Source: Basidiobolus meristosporus CBS 931.73 (taxonomy: Eukaryota; Fungi; Basidiobolomycota). From it: a stretch of 64,000 nucleotides of DNA. Positions within the stretch are counted from its first letter, which is position 1. Each line of letters opens with the position of its first letter. Below the pieces are notes generated by a model that made no database searches, was not told where the DNA came from, and was given only the letters and a program-made list of their open reading frames with translations. The stretch spans positions 1 through 64,000 of the forward strand of contig MCFE01000079.1 of the NCBI GenBank assembly GCA_002104905.1, written 5' to 3'. Positions 24,494 to 34,853 of the stretch are shown here, in pieces. A program made the position numbers and the translations under genes.

Positions 24494-25654
24494 ATCAAGT
24501 ACGAAATAACCTTTGGCCAAGTCGACTCCATTCTGGCACCCCCACAGCTTTCTGGAGATCCTTTGGCCTTCGAAACAGCCCCCTTTGTCGCTCACTTAAT
24601 TTTGAACTGAGGTACCATCATCAGGTATTGGTTCCACATGATCGTCTAGGGAGTGGCCCTGGCGAGCCAATGGTCGTAACACATTTCTTATTGATTTGGA
24701 TCCTTATGGCAAGGAGGTTCCGGTCAGGTTGCAAAGGAGGGCCATAAACGACTCAGCGTTGGCTGTTGATCGTTCCTGTCGGCATGTACTCCTATTCCTG
24801 CTGATCGTCAATCCTTTGATTAACAATGCTGCGATCACATCATGTTGAGTTCCTGACCCCACGATCACCAATCGAATTGACTCCCTCCCACAGTTTACGT
24901 TGGCCGTCTCGACACAGTTATCCATACGGCATTCGCTCAGTTGATGAATGCCAGACACCTCATGCAAGCGACATTAAAACTAATATTCCTTGGGGTGCAA
25001 ATATATACATGTGTGTGTTTCGGCTCAAAACACAGACCGTAGAAATAGAAACAGCCGCCAATCCGATCCAGGCCTCAAACACCGTAGGGAGTGACATTGT
25101 TGTGATCGAGACGGTATCGGTTGGACATCCTATTCATTGCAAGCTGGAGAATGCGTAACGGCCGGGGGAACATTGGGCAAAGAGTTGCGATACAAACCAC
25201 ACGCGTCGTTAAGCAGGACGATGTGGGAATTACTATTCCAACCCTAACACCAAGTACGGCTATCGTGCCAAATAATTCAAGCACAAGATGGATGAGGAGT
25301 ACCTGTGTTTCTTGCCAATAGGCACACTGCGCTTTACGAAGGCTACATGAAACCTCGTCCATCAATGTATCGACCTGTGGAGATCACATTCATCATCATT
25401 GCGTTTTGGAAACACGAGGTAGCCACCGGCCATTGCTGCAGACGATTGGGAGGGAAGCTGAAGTCATCATACAGAAAAATCACTAATTACATTGTTTTCA
25501 TCAAACATGCAGAATTCCTGTGCTGGGTAGGCTTGTTAGCGATCTGGCCGATTAGAGCTCGACCTCCCTTTTAAACATGTTTCGCCCGCTTGTATTGCAC
25601 TCGTGTATCTTTTCTTTTAACTAACCTGAATCCTTGTTTGGCAAGCGACAAAAC

Positions 25655-27220
25655 ATGGACTCCTCATTCAGTGATAGTGGTTTGGTATTTGGCGAAAAAC
25701 CCCTCTTCGACTCGCTTTTTGATGAAACGGAACCCTCGAAAGGATACACTGGGAAGGGCGCAGGGAAACAAGAGGACGCCTTCAAAATAGAGCCTCCCAC
25801 ACGACAATCCACTAGCAGCTCAAGCGCCTCCTCCATCCCCCCGGTACATGATGAAACTTCGGAGAGCAACACCCAAACCACAATCTACCCGAATGGTGTA
25901 CATAATTACCCTCCACAAAAAAGTCAGACATTTGGTGCACTACGTTACTCGTCCACTCTAATAGCAAACACCAGCCAATTTGCCAAATCCACCCCCGAGT
26001 TGGCCCAGATAAACACTACCCAGCTGCTTGATCCATCGAATCGAACCAACAGCACCAGCAATCTTGGCGCGCCTGTCTCACCAAGCGCATCCGTGACTTT
26101 TCTGCCTCAAGGAACAACCTTGGAGCAGTACCGCACCAACGCCAAGAAATCCAATGATCCCAAGATCCAGTTCGACTTTGCCAAGTACCTGCTTGACACG
26201 GCATCTAACCTCGAGCCTACCGATAGGCCCACGGAGAAAACCCAGAAAGCACTGATCACCGAGGCACTCAAGTGGATCAAGCGACTGGCTACACAGGGGA
26301 TGGGCATAGGTCGCGCAGCGTACCCAGAAGCCCAGTTCTTCTTGGCCAATGCCTATGGGACCGCCTCTTTGGGGTTCCCATTGGACCACGAGAAGGCGTT
26401 CAACCTTTACGTGCAGGCATCCAAGCAGAATCATGCAGCTGCCACCTATCGGGCGGCCGTTTGCTACGAAGTGGGAGCTGGGACGAAAAGAGACTTCGGC
26501 CGTAGTGTCCAATTCTTCCGCAAGGCAGCTATTCTTGGTGAGACACCAGCGATGTACAAGTTGGGGATGACCCTACTCAAGGGCCTTCTAAACCAGAACC
26601 CCAATCCACGTGAAGCGATTACCTGGCTGAAACGGGCAGCCACCAATGCAGATGCCGAGAACCCCCACGCCCTCCACGAACTTGGGCTTTGTTACGAGAA
26701 AGATGGGATTCCTTCCATTATTCCGGACGAAGCATACGCCCGAGAGCTTTACACCCAAGCTGGGCAGCTCGGGTACGCACCCTCTCAGTTTAAACTAGGC
26801 TGTTCCTATGAGTATGGAACCATCACCTGCCCGGTTGATCCTAGACGCTCCATTGCATGGTATACGCGTGCTGCCGAGCAGGGAGATCCTGAGTCGGAGT
26901 TGGCCCTCTCTGGGTGGTATCTTACGGGTGCCGACGGGATTCTCCAACAGAGTGACACTGAAGCCTACCTGTGGGCCAGAAAAGCGGCAGATAAATATCT
27001 TGCCAAGGCCGAGTATGCCATTGGATATTATTCGGAGGTTGGGATAGGTGTTCAACAGGATCTGGAAGAGGCCAGAAGGTGGTATATGCGGGCAGCGGCC
27101 CAAGGTAACAAGCGGGCCATGCAACGCCTATCCGAGCTCAAGAAGTTGAGCAACTCCGGAAGCCAAAAGAAGCCCATCTCCAGGGACAAGTCAAACACTG
27201 ACAACTGTGTTATCTGCTAG
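25655..27220 (+). CDS. CHS4: Sel1-like repeat chitin synthase activator Skt5/Chs4 (intronless)
   Basis: Tandem SEL1 repeats (YPEAQFFLA, AFNLYVQASKQNH, AMYKLG, ALHELG, SQFKLG, ELALSGWYLTGA, AEYAIGYY); C-terminal CaaX DNCVIC*. Confidence 0.92.
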   Translation: MDSSFSDSGLVFGEKPLFDSLFDETEPSKGYTGKGAGKQEDAFKIEPPTRQSTSSSSASSIPPVHDETSESNTQTTIYPNGVHNYPPQKSQTFGALRYSSTLIANTSQFAKSTPELAQINTTQLLDPSNRTNSTSNLGAPVSPSASVTFLPQGTTLEQYRTNAKKSNDPKIQFDFAKYLLDTASNLEPTDRPTEKTQKALITEALKWIKRLATQGMGIGRAAYPEAQFFLANAYGTASLGFPLDHEKAFNLYVQASKQNHAAATYRAAVCYEVGAGTKRDFGRSVQFFRKAAILGETPAMYKLGMTLLKGLLNQNPNPREAITWLKRAATNADAENPHALHELGLCYEKDGIPSIIPDEAYARELYTQAGQLGYAPSQFKLGCSYEYGTITCPVDPRRSIAWYTRAAEQGDPESELALSGWYLTGADGILQQSDTEAYLWARKAADKYLAKAEYAIGYYSEVGIGVQQDLEEARRWYMRAAAQGNKRAMQRLSELKKLSNSGSQKKPISRDKSNTDNCVIC

Positions 27221-27455
27221 CTTTAATCACTCCCCGTGGTACTCACCGTAACAACATTATTCGTGCTATATGTAATGTGTATATTAAGATAATAGAGATT
27301 ATTACCACCGTAAGACTTCATAGATAAACAATCGAATTCGCAAACCCATTTCGCCGCCTGGCTTTCATATCTAACTATTTACTTTATTGATGGCAAAATT
27401 GGCAAAGAGGAATTATCTACATCCGGATGCGGTGGAAAGAGGGGTGTGTGGATCC

Positions 27456-28445
27456 TCAGTAGCAGCAGCCCTTTTTTTCATTCTCCAGCCCGTGTTGATG
27501 TAGCTTGACACGAGCTTTGGACTTCTGCCGCATTGCTTGTTCCATAGCATGCTTTTTCACCACCAGTTGTTTCGCGATCTGGAAAAAGATCTCATGCACC
27601 CCTCAATGACGGTATCAGATAGACTATACATTACGCACTTGATATACACACATATTACCCTCATCATCTTTGGCCGATACTTCATGTACTGTGTATCCTG
27701 CACCAATAGAGTTGCTGATTACTTCGGCCGCCTCATCCAAGGAGACACTCCTTTGGGCTGATGCGAGGTCAAATTTGTTTCCTACGATATGAATAACTAA
27801 TAGCAGGGTCAGCAGTCCTCTCTGTAGACTGAGCAACAGGATGCAACCTACCCAATTCCTCCGCCATATTCTTCCGCAATTCTATTTCTCGCAAGCATAT
27901 CAGCACGCATCCACACCGCACACATCAGCGGCAACAAACCTTCCACCCAGGCTTCTATATCATCGAAGCTTTTTCTCGACGTAAGGTCGTAAACGATAAC
28001 GGCGGCGTTCGCCTAGGGGATATGGTCCATTAAGTAGGTGAAGAGAGTGGGGAAGCTCAGGAAACGTGCTGTACATACACCTCTGTAGTACATAGGGGCC
28101 ATCGAACGGAAACGTTCCTGACCTGCGATATCCCATATCTGGAGACGTACTTTACAGTTCTCGACTACCCTTTTGTGCATCGCAATAAGCTCGTAAATAA
28201 CAAGGCACGGGGGAAACATACCAGTGAAAAACTCGCTTCTCACAATTTCGTAGTCATGAACGAAGCACCAATGGTAGAGGGGCAGTTCGGAGAAAAAGTG
28301 CGCTGTACATAACGGACCACCAGAGAGGTTTTTCCTACGCCTAACAAAAGAGTTTAGAACACGAATAACAGCTCCTCTGCACTTGAGTGGAGAGACCTTG
28401 GCTGCCTAGAATGACCACCTTGGCTTCAAGCAAGTCGTTCTGCAT
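27456..28445 (-). CDS. Rab5/Ypt5-subfamily GTPase, multi-exon
   Basis: Spliced KVVILGSQGVGKTSLV, STIGASFMT, IWDIAGQERFRSMAPMYYRG, IVGNKFDL, EVSAK; C-terminal GCCY*. Confidence 0.88.
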
Positions 28446-28730
28446 GGTGATTTGGTAGGTAGTCAAACGTACTGCAACAAAAGAGGAAGAGGCGTTAGTG
28501 CGTTGGGCCGAGCGAAGGAGAAGTAGAAGTGGCTTTGTAGAAAAAATCTGCGGTATGGACAGTCCACATGAAAGTGGATTTTTGTGGATGATTTATGCAA
28601 ACAGACAATGACCATGGCTTAATTGGACCGGTTCTATTGATTCTCGGACGTTCAGAACATAGATATTTAATCCAAAATTCTTCCATCATATTTAATACAT
28701 TATTAAGGTGAATAGTTTACATGGTTCGTT

Positions 28731-29801
28731 TTATGCGTAGCTAAAAAGCGCAGCCACCAAGGCAAAGAACCACAGGCCAAGGAACACCCAGAACGACACG
28801 TACTTGTCCTCTGGGTCGTATCTTCTTGCCATGGGAAGCATTCCATTGATGACGGTGTAGAGTAGCACCCCAGACGCTAATGCAAGAAGGGTGGCGCTAA
28901 TGGCCTGGTTCCAATATGTTACAAACAACACGTATCCTAGCAGGGCGCCCAACAACTGAGTGGCAATCCCTACACCTGCTGCTATGAGGAAGCTGATCCA
29001 GCGCGAGTTGGTTGCATAATAAATAGGCAATACAATCATCATCCCCTCGGGAAACTTGTGAAGTGCCAGAGCGATTCCAAACATCACTCCGATTTTGGCC
29101 GAGGCCAAGGTGGTGGTGAACGTGGCAAGACCCTCGGGGAAATTGTGGACTGCTAATGCACCGGCAATCTGCCAACCAAGTGCTTTAAAATCCCCCCGAC
29201 TTTGAACTTGTGGCTGATGCACCTGCTCGCCATTCGATTGGGGCCCTTTGATCTCGATCACATGATTCTCCACCGTTGGGTTGGAGTGGCCACCATCCAC
29301 ACTGCTGCCGTCTTGGTGGTGACTGGCCCTTCTACCTAGCACCTTTTTCACGAGCATGACGATCAGCACGCCCACGATGAACACTGCAGTAGCAAGCAAT
29401 GACGCGTGTTGAGTAGGTATGGAGCCGGAACTTTTGAAGTCCTGTATGGCCTCTGGGAACAGATCCCCTAATGTCAAGAACAACAGTACGCCAGATGAAA
29501 ATCCAAATGAGCGGGCCAGAAAGCTGGGGGAATTGGTGATTCGAAAAGCCCAACCCATCCTGACGGCTAAATCGTCCAAGAAGGGCAAAAGAGAGCCAAC
29601 TGCACTACATACCCCGCTAATGGCTGCCAGGCCAAAGGCCAATCCGACATTGCCTGATGCTAGAGTCCCTGTGTGTCCACCAGTAGTCGCGTGGCCCTCT
29701 GAAGCGTCGTCGTGACCAGGGTGGGCTTGAGCGGGGAACAGGAGACACGAAAGTGCGAAGAAGGCAGCGAGGATGAACGAATCTCTGATAATCAATAACA
29801 T
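28731..29801 (-). CDS. ZIP-family (ZupT/GufA-like) zinc/metal transporter, intronless
   Basis: AVHNFPEG and ALHKFPEG metal-site motifs, His-containing loop, N-terminal signal-like segment followed by AHPGHDDASEGH. Confidence 0.9.
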   Translation of the reverse strand: MLLIIRDSFILAAFFALSCLLFPAQAHPGHDDASEGHATTGGHTGTLASGNVGLAFGLAAISGVCSAVGSLLPFLDDLAVRMGWAFRITNSPSFLARSFGFSSGVLLFLTLGDLFPEAIQDFKSSGSIPTQHASLLATAVFIVGVLIVMLVKKVLGRRASHHQDGSSVDGGHSNPTVENHVIEIKGPQSNGEQVHQPQVQSRGDFKALGWQIAGALAVHNFPEGLATFTTTLASAKIGVMFGIALALHKFPEGMMIVLPIYYATNSRWISFLIAAGVGIATQLLGALLGYVLFVTYWNQAISATLLALASGVLLYTVINGMLPMARRYDPEDKYVSFWVFLGLWFFALVAALFSYA

Positions 29802-30198
29802 TCCTTCGGCCAAATAAAGAAAACTTCTAGAACAGAAGGGACAGGTTGGAAGATGGGAATGAAGTGGGTAATGAAGTAGGGTTTTAACATCCAGCTTGAT
29901 TTCTATTTTGAGACCATTGTAATGGTTGTATTTGAATGGAGCGCTTTTATTCGTGGTGTGTCACAACCAAGTCAGGGGAGAAATCAATGCTTTGGTTTCA
30001 AATCTGTGACTCGCTTTATAGAACACTGGAATTTGTTCTAGAAGTATTAAATATATAGCGCAGACTAGACAATGACTTGAATGCAATGGAAGCTCCCTTA
30101 TCATTAAGGCACAGTATTCATAGTATGCGTCTTGCAGCACCTGGTGAATGAACTCCTAGCCACGTTAACATCATCCCACTTCCACTAGCTGAACCGAG

Positions 30199-30224
30199 AG
30201 CTGAGCTGAAATTTCAGCTCAGCT
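30199..30224. other. Perfect 26-bp palindrome AGCTGAGCTGAAATTTCAGCTCAGCT
   Basis: Directly verified self-complementary sequence in the divergent ZIP/NudE intergenic region. Confidence 0.9.
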
Positions 30225-31014
30225 TGCTGTCACAAATTTGTAACCCAATCGAGGTTGGCGTAATTAATTAAATTAGGGTGCGTGGTAATGAGGTATACTG
30301 GGCCCATACCACATTGAAGCTGGAACAGTAGCAACTGGCCTCAGCCATATAGGCTTGATTTCCCACTTCTTGTGATACACCCAAATGCCACAAGATAACG
30401 CTCGAGTTGCATCTGATTTATTGATACTGACCACTGCTAATGACTTCAAATGACTATCTCACCTGGCATTGTAATCTACTCTCCGTGCTTTGAGGATTGC
30501 TACCTGGCTTTTACGATCGAACCGAACAATTCAAACTTCAAGAAGCCGATGGCCGAATCAAGATGGGATTTTTTTGGAACAAAATAGTAAACATCCCTAA
30601 GACATAACAAAAACAATACAACTTAAGGATTTGAGAAATATCGATGAAATGCAATCCAGATGATATCAGTTCAATCAGCGGCCCCAAAAAACATCGTCAG
30701 GAAAATTCGCCATCTCCTTCGGAATCGTTTGTCATGATTTTAGTGTCGGCTTATACCGCTTCAGGTTATCACCCTGTTTTTTATCCCCGTCTTCCGCGGT
30801 TTTCATTGTCCTTTTCACTGCGGCTGTTGTTACTAGAATTCAGTTTTTAAAGAATAATTCCAGAGTAATCTTTGTGTTGGAGAAAGTACTGACCTCCCCC
30901 ACCTTAACATTCGTTCAAAAACTCAAAAACATCGACCGCACCTTAACCCCATCACTTGGTCCAGATCCAAGGATTTTTGTAAAAAAAACCGACGTATAAA
31001 AATAACCCGCCCAA

Positions 31015-31950
31015 ATGACCTCAGAAACCCCTCAGTTCTCGACACCCGAAGAGGAGATTAGTTATTGGAAGGACAGAGCCCTCAGTTTGGAGCAGGAACT
31101 GACAGAGACCAGAGACAATCTTGAAGATTTCCAGGAATCCTCGCGGGAGTTGGAGGAAGAGTTGGAAAAAGAGCTGGCAAACGCAGAGACGGCAAATAAA
31201 GAGCTGAATCACAAATATCAAACGCTGAAACTTGAGCTGGACTCGGTACGCCAAAAGTATCAGGACTCCAAGCTGGATGCCAACCACACCATCAACACGA
31301 TGCAGAAGGAAATCGATACGCTGAGACAAGCATACGAGTTGTACAAAAAGCGAAATAGAGAGCTCGAACAGAACAACGATGACCTTGAAACTTACGGAAG
31401 GAGAGCCCAGACAAGTATTGAAGACTTGGAGGAGCATCTTAACAAAGCAGTGGAGTGGAAGATCAAACTCGAGCACGAGACCGAGGTAAAGAACCGGTTG
31501 ATGGAGGAAGTCCAGCGGCTAAAAGACGAACTCAAGGATCTTCACACCGAACTAGAGATTGTTCGCTCGCGTGGAGGTGCCCTGCCACCCCCATCACCCA
31601 CGCTTTCCCGGATTCCGTTCCCACTCTCCTCCAAAAAGCATTCCACACTCCGCCCGCTACCAGAGCCACACAAATCTAACAACCCGCTGGCTATGGTGCA
31701 AGAGATTATGGAGCGAGTGAAGACTTTGGAAGGAAGACTGGCCAGCTCTAGGAGTCTGATCACCCCTCTGTTGACTCCTTCGAGATCCAACTCTCCCATC
31801 CAGCCAACCACCCCTACCACACCCACCAAGCCCAACCTATCCAACGGCTTCGACACCAAGCTACCTTTTATGAGTCCTCCTTCAAAACTAGGGAATCGAG
31901 CCAAATCCCTGAGAGCGGATAAAACTAGACGGTTTAGTAACATCATGTAA
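31015..31950 (+). CDS. nudE: Nuclear distribution protein NudE/NDE1-like (dynein regulator), intronless
   Basis: EEEISYWK...LEDFQESSRELEEELEKEL coiled coil, LEQNNDDLE, LMEEVQRLKDELKDL. Confidence 0.9.
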   Translation: MTSETPQFSTPEEEISYWKDRALSLEQELTETRDNLEDFQESSRELEEELEKELANAETANKELNHKYQTLKLELDSVRQKYQDSKLDANHTINTMQKEIDTLRQAYELYKKRNRELEQNNDDLETYGRRAQTSIEDLEEHLNKAVEWKIKLEHETEVKNRLMEEVQRLKDELKDLHTELEIVRSRGGALPPPSPTLSRIPFPLSSKKHSTLRPLPEPHKSNNPLAMVQEIMERVKTLEGRLASSRSLITPLLTPSRSNSPIQPTTPTTPTKPNLSNGFDTKLPFMSPPSKLGNRAKSLRADKTRRFSNIM

Positions 31951-32700
31951 ACACGAACATCTACCCTGCATCCGGGTGCTGGCTGATCTTGCACCAGATG
32001 CCATGGATTGTTGAGCATGCAAGGATTTACTACTCGCACTTAATATCTTTACCCCTTTTATTATTTGCCCTGATTCTCATGGATCCTCCATACTAATCTC
32101 CCATATGCCCGCTGTGTTTCTATTGGTTTTGTTTCCCCCGCCCATGATATATTCCACCCTCTAAAAATGAAAAATCCCCGTGAAATATGATTTCCCATGG
32201 TTGATTGGCGGAAATGCCATGATATTTCGGAGGAGGAGCTGGTGAGACACAAGCCACCACGCACCACGCACGTCAGTAAAAGGAATTGTAGATGCCATAT
32301 ATCAGGGTTAATTTCGAATTAACATTAGGGTTCTTGATTGTTGGGTGAGGAATTAATTTCCAATTACCACAAGTGTTGTGCGTGCTGGGAGGATGAACAG
32401 CCACCCGACCCCATTTTGTCCCGATCGCCACAATAGACCTGGCCTCGGGGCCGATGAATATCTAGACTTGTTCTGACCATGAAACTTCCCTCACCGCCGT
32501 GCCATGGTCGTCTGACCGAATGGATCCGACTTGAATGGGATTCTATTTGATTTTAATATGGCCCTCTCCCTTTCTGACCTCTGGGTTCGCTGGCAATGAT
32601 TGGGTTTCACCTGACTCCGGATTTTTAAACCAGTCACCTATTTTGTGAGATATTTAAGCTTCGTAATGCTGCCAGGGATGAGGCATTCCTTGTTTTGAGT

Positions 32701-34562
32701 ATGTTGCCAAGAACCTTCCCCCGCACACTACCCACTGGCCTCTTCGTTTCTAGAAGTCTCGCCCAGAAGGTTGTTGTTTGAGTTGCCCCCTCCTCTGCGT
32801 GTATGCTAACCCTTTATCGTAGGGTGCTCGCTTGAACGCTGCCGCTTTGCTGCAACTGCGTAGCCTGCACCTGCACGAATACCAATCCAAACAATTGATG
32901 GACAAATACAACGTTGACACCCAACGTTTCAAGGTGGTCACCTCTCCGGACCAGGTGCTAAAAGCCACCAAAGAGCTCCTTGATCAAAGTAAGGCCCATT
33001 TGATTTCCAGTTCACTTGTAGCGCCGACGCCAACAATCTTGCCATCCAAGATGCCCAGGAGTTCGTCATCAAGGCCCAAGTCCATGCCGGCGGCAGAGGA
33101 AAAGGCACGCTGAGTAGCGGCCTTAAGGGCGGTGTCCAGCTCACAACCGAGTAAGTCGTAATGGGTAGGCGTGTCGCCATTTCCAGGCGAACTAACCCTT
33201 TCCTGTAGCCAAGAGAAGGCCAAAGATTTCGTCAGCAAGATGGTAGGCTATCGTCTGGTGACTCATCAAACCCCACCGGAGGGGGTCCCGGTCCAAAAGG
33301 TAGTGAACCCGAATGTTTCATCCGACCCGACATTGTCGTTGACATCCATGCCCAGGTGATGATTGCCGAAGCGTTGGACATCGCTCGCGAGACCTATTTT
33401 GCCATTCTCATGGATCGCGCTTCCGGTGGCCCAGTGATGGTGGCCAGTCCCGAAGGAGGAGTAGACATCGAAACGGTCGCCGCCAAAACCCCGGAGAAGA
33501 TTTTCAAGGTGAAGAGCGACCGGGGAGTTACGACGAGAAGATTGCTTACTCATCAACCCCATTCGATACCGTAGGAACCCATTGACATCTCCAAGGGAGT
33601 CCAACCAGAGCAGACCGAGAACCTGGCCAGAAAGCTTGGCTTCACCGGAGAGAAAGTGAAAAAGGTAAGCCAGGGCACGGGATTCCGATCGCGAGTGGGG
33701 TTCAACTAACGCGGGCGCTTCGCTAGGCTTCAGAGCAGATGCAGAACCTGTACAAACTTTTCATCGATCTAGATGCCATTCAGGTGGAGATCAATCCATT
33801 CGGAGAAACTCCATCGGGAAGAGGTAACACAATCCAGGTCGGATTTCCTTGATGTGGCCATCAGACTCACGGATGTCCTTTCGTTCCAGTGGTCTGCTTC
33901 GACGCGAAGATCGGCTTCGACGACAACGCCATCTTCCGACACCAGGATCTTTTATCCGAGCACGACACTTCGGGTAAATCGGTTTTAATAAGGGGGGTTC
34001 CTTGCATGCATGCGCCTGCTAACCATCGAATCATTAGAGGATGATCCTAGAGAGGTGGAGGCCGAGAAACACGGGCTCAACTACGTGGGAATGACGGTAA
34101 TTCGCAACCAAACGTAGGCGCCATCGCGTGTGTATGTGTGTACTTATCGCCCCGGTAACTTAGGGAAATATCGGATGCCTGGTCAATGGCGCAGGCTTGG
34201 CCATGGCCACGATGGATATCATCAAGAACTACGGTGGCAGCCCGGCGAATTTCCTGGACGTCGGTGGCAGTGCCACCGCGGGACAAGTGAAGGAGGCTTT
34301 CAAGATCCTCAGCTCCGACAAGCAGGTCAAGGCGGTGTTAGTGAACATCTTCGGAGGAATCATGAAGTGTGACACCATCGCTGAAGGGATCGTCCAGGCC
34401 GCTCGCGACATCAACCTAAACATGCCCTTGGTCGTTCGCCTCTCGGGAACGAACGTGGATTTGGGCAAAAAGATCCTGGCCGATTCCAAACTACCAATCA
34501 TCGCCGCCGACGATCTGGATGACGCAGCTCAGAAGTGCGCATCCGCCGTGGGCTTGGCATGA
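32701..34562 (+). CDS. Succinyl-CoA ligase beta subunit, mitochondrial; resembles the GDP-forming (SUCLG2) type; many short introns
   Basis: [94 protein letters not shown]. Confidence 0.93.
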
Positions 34563-34853
34563 ACGAAGCTTTTCGATGTCCGATGTTCAAGTGATAATCA
34601 CAACAACCCCTAGCCTACTCTCTCAACCATCCATGTCATTCCTTGAGTATGTAAATAAATTGATTATCTCCAATGGCTGTTTCGTACCACACACGCCTGG
34701 TGACTCATCACGACGCACAAGGATCCCTCGCCATGTCGTCTGGACACTCGGCTTCAATCGCCAATGCATGCGGCCTGGACACAAATTCGCGAAATTGCTG
34801 TTTATTGGGATTGGATTCACATTTACAAAAATTTCTCCGAGCACATATACATT

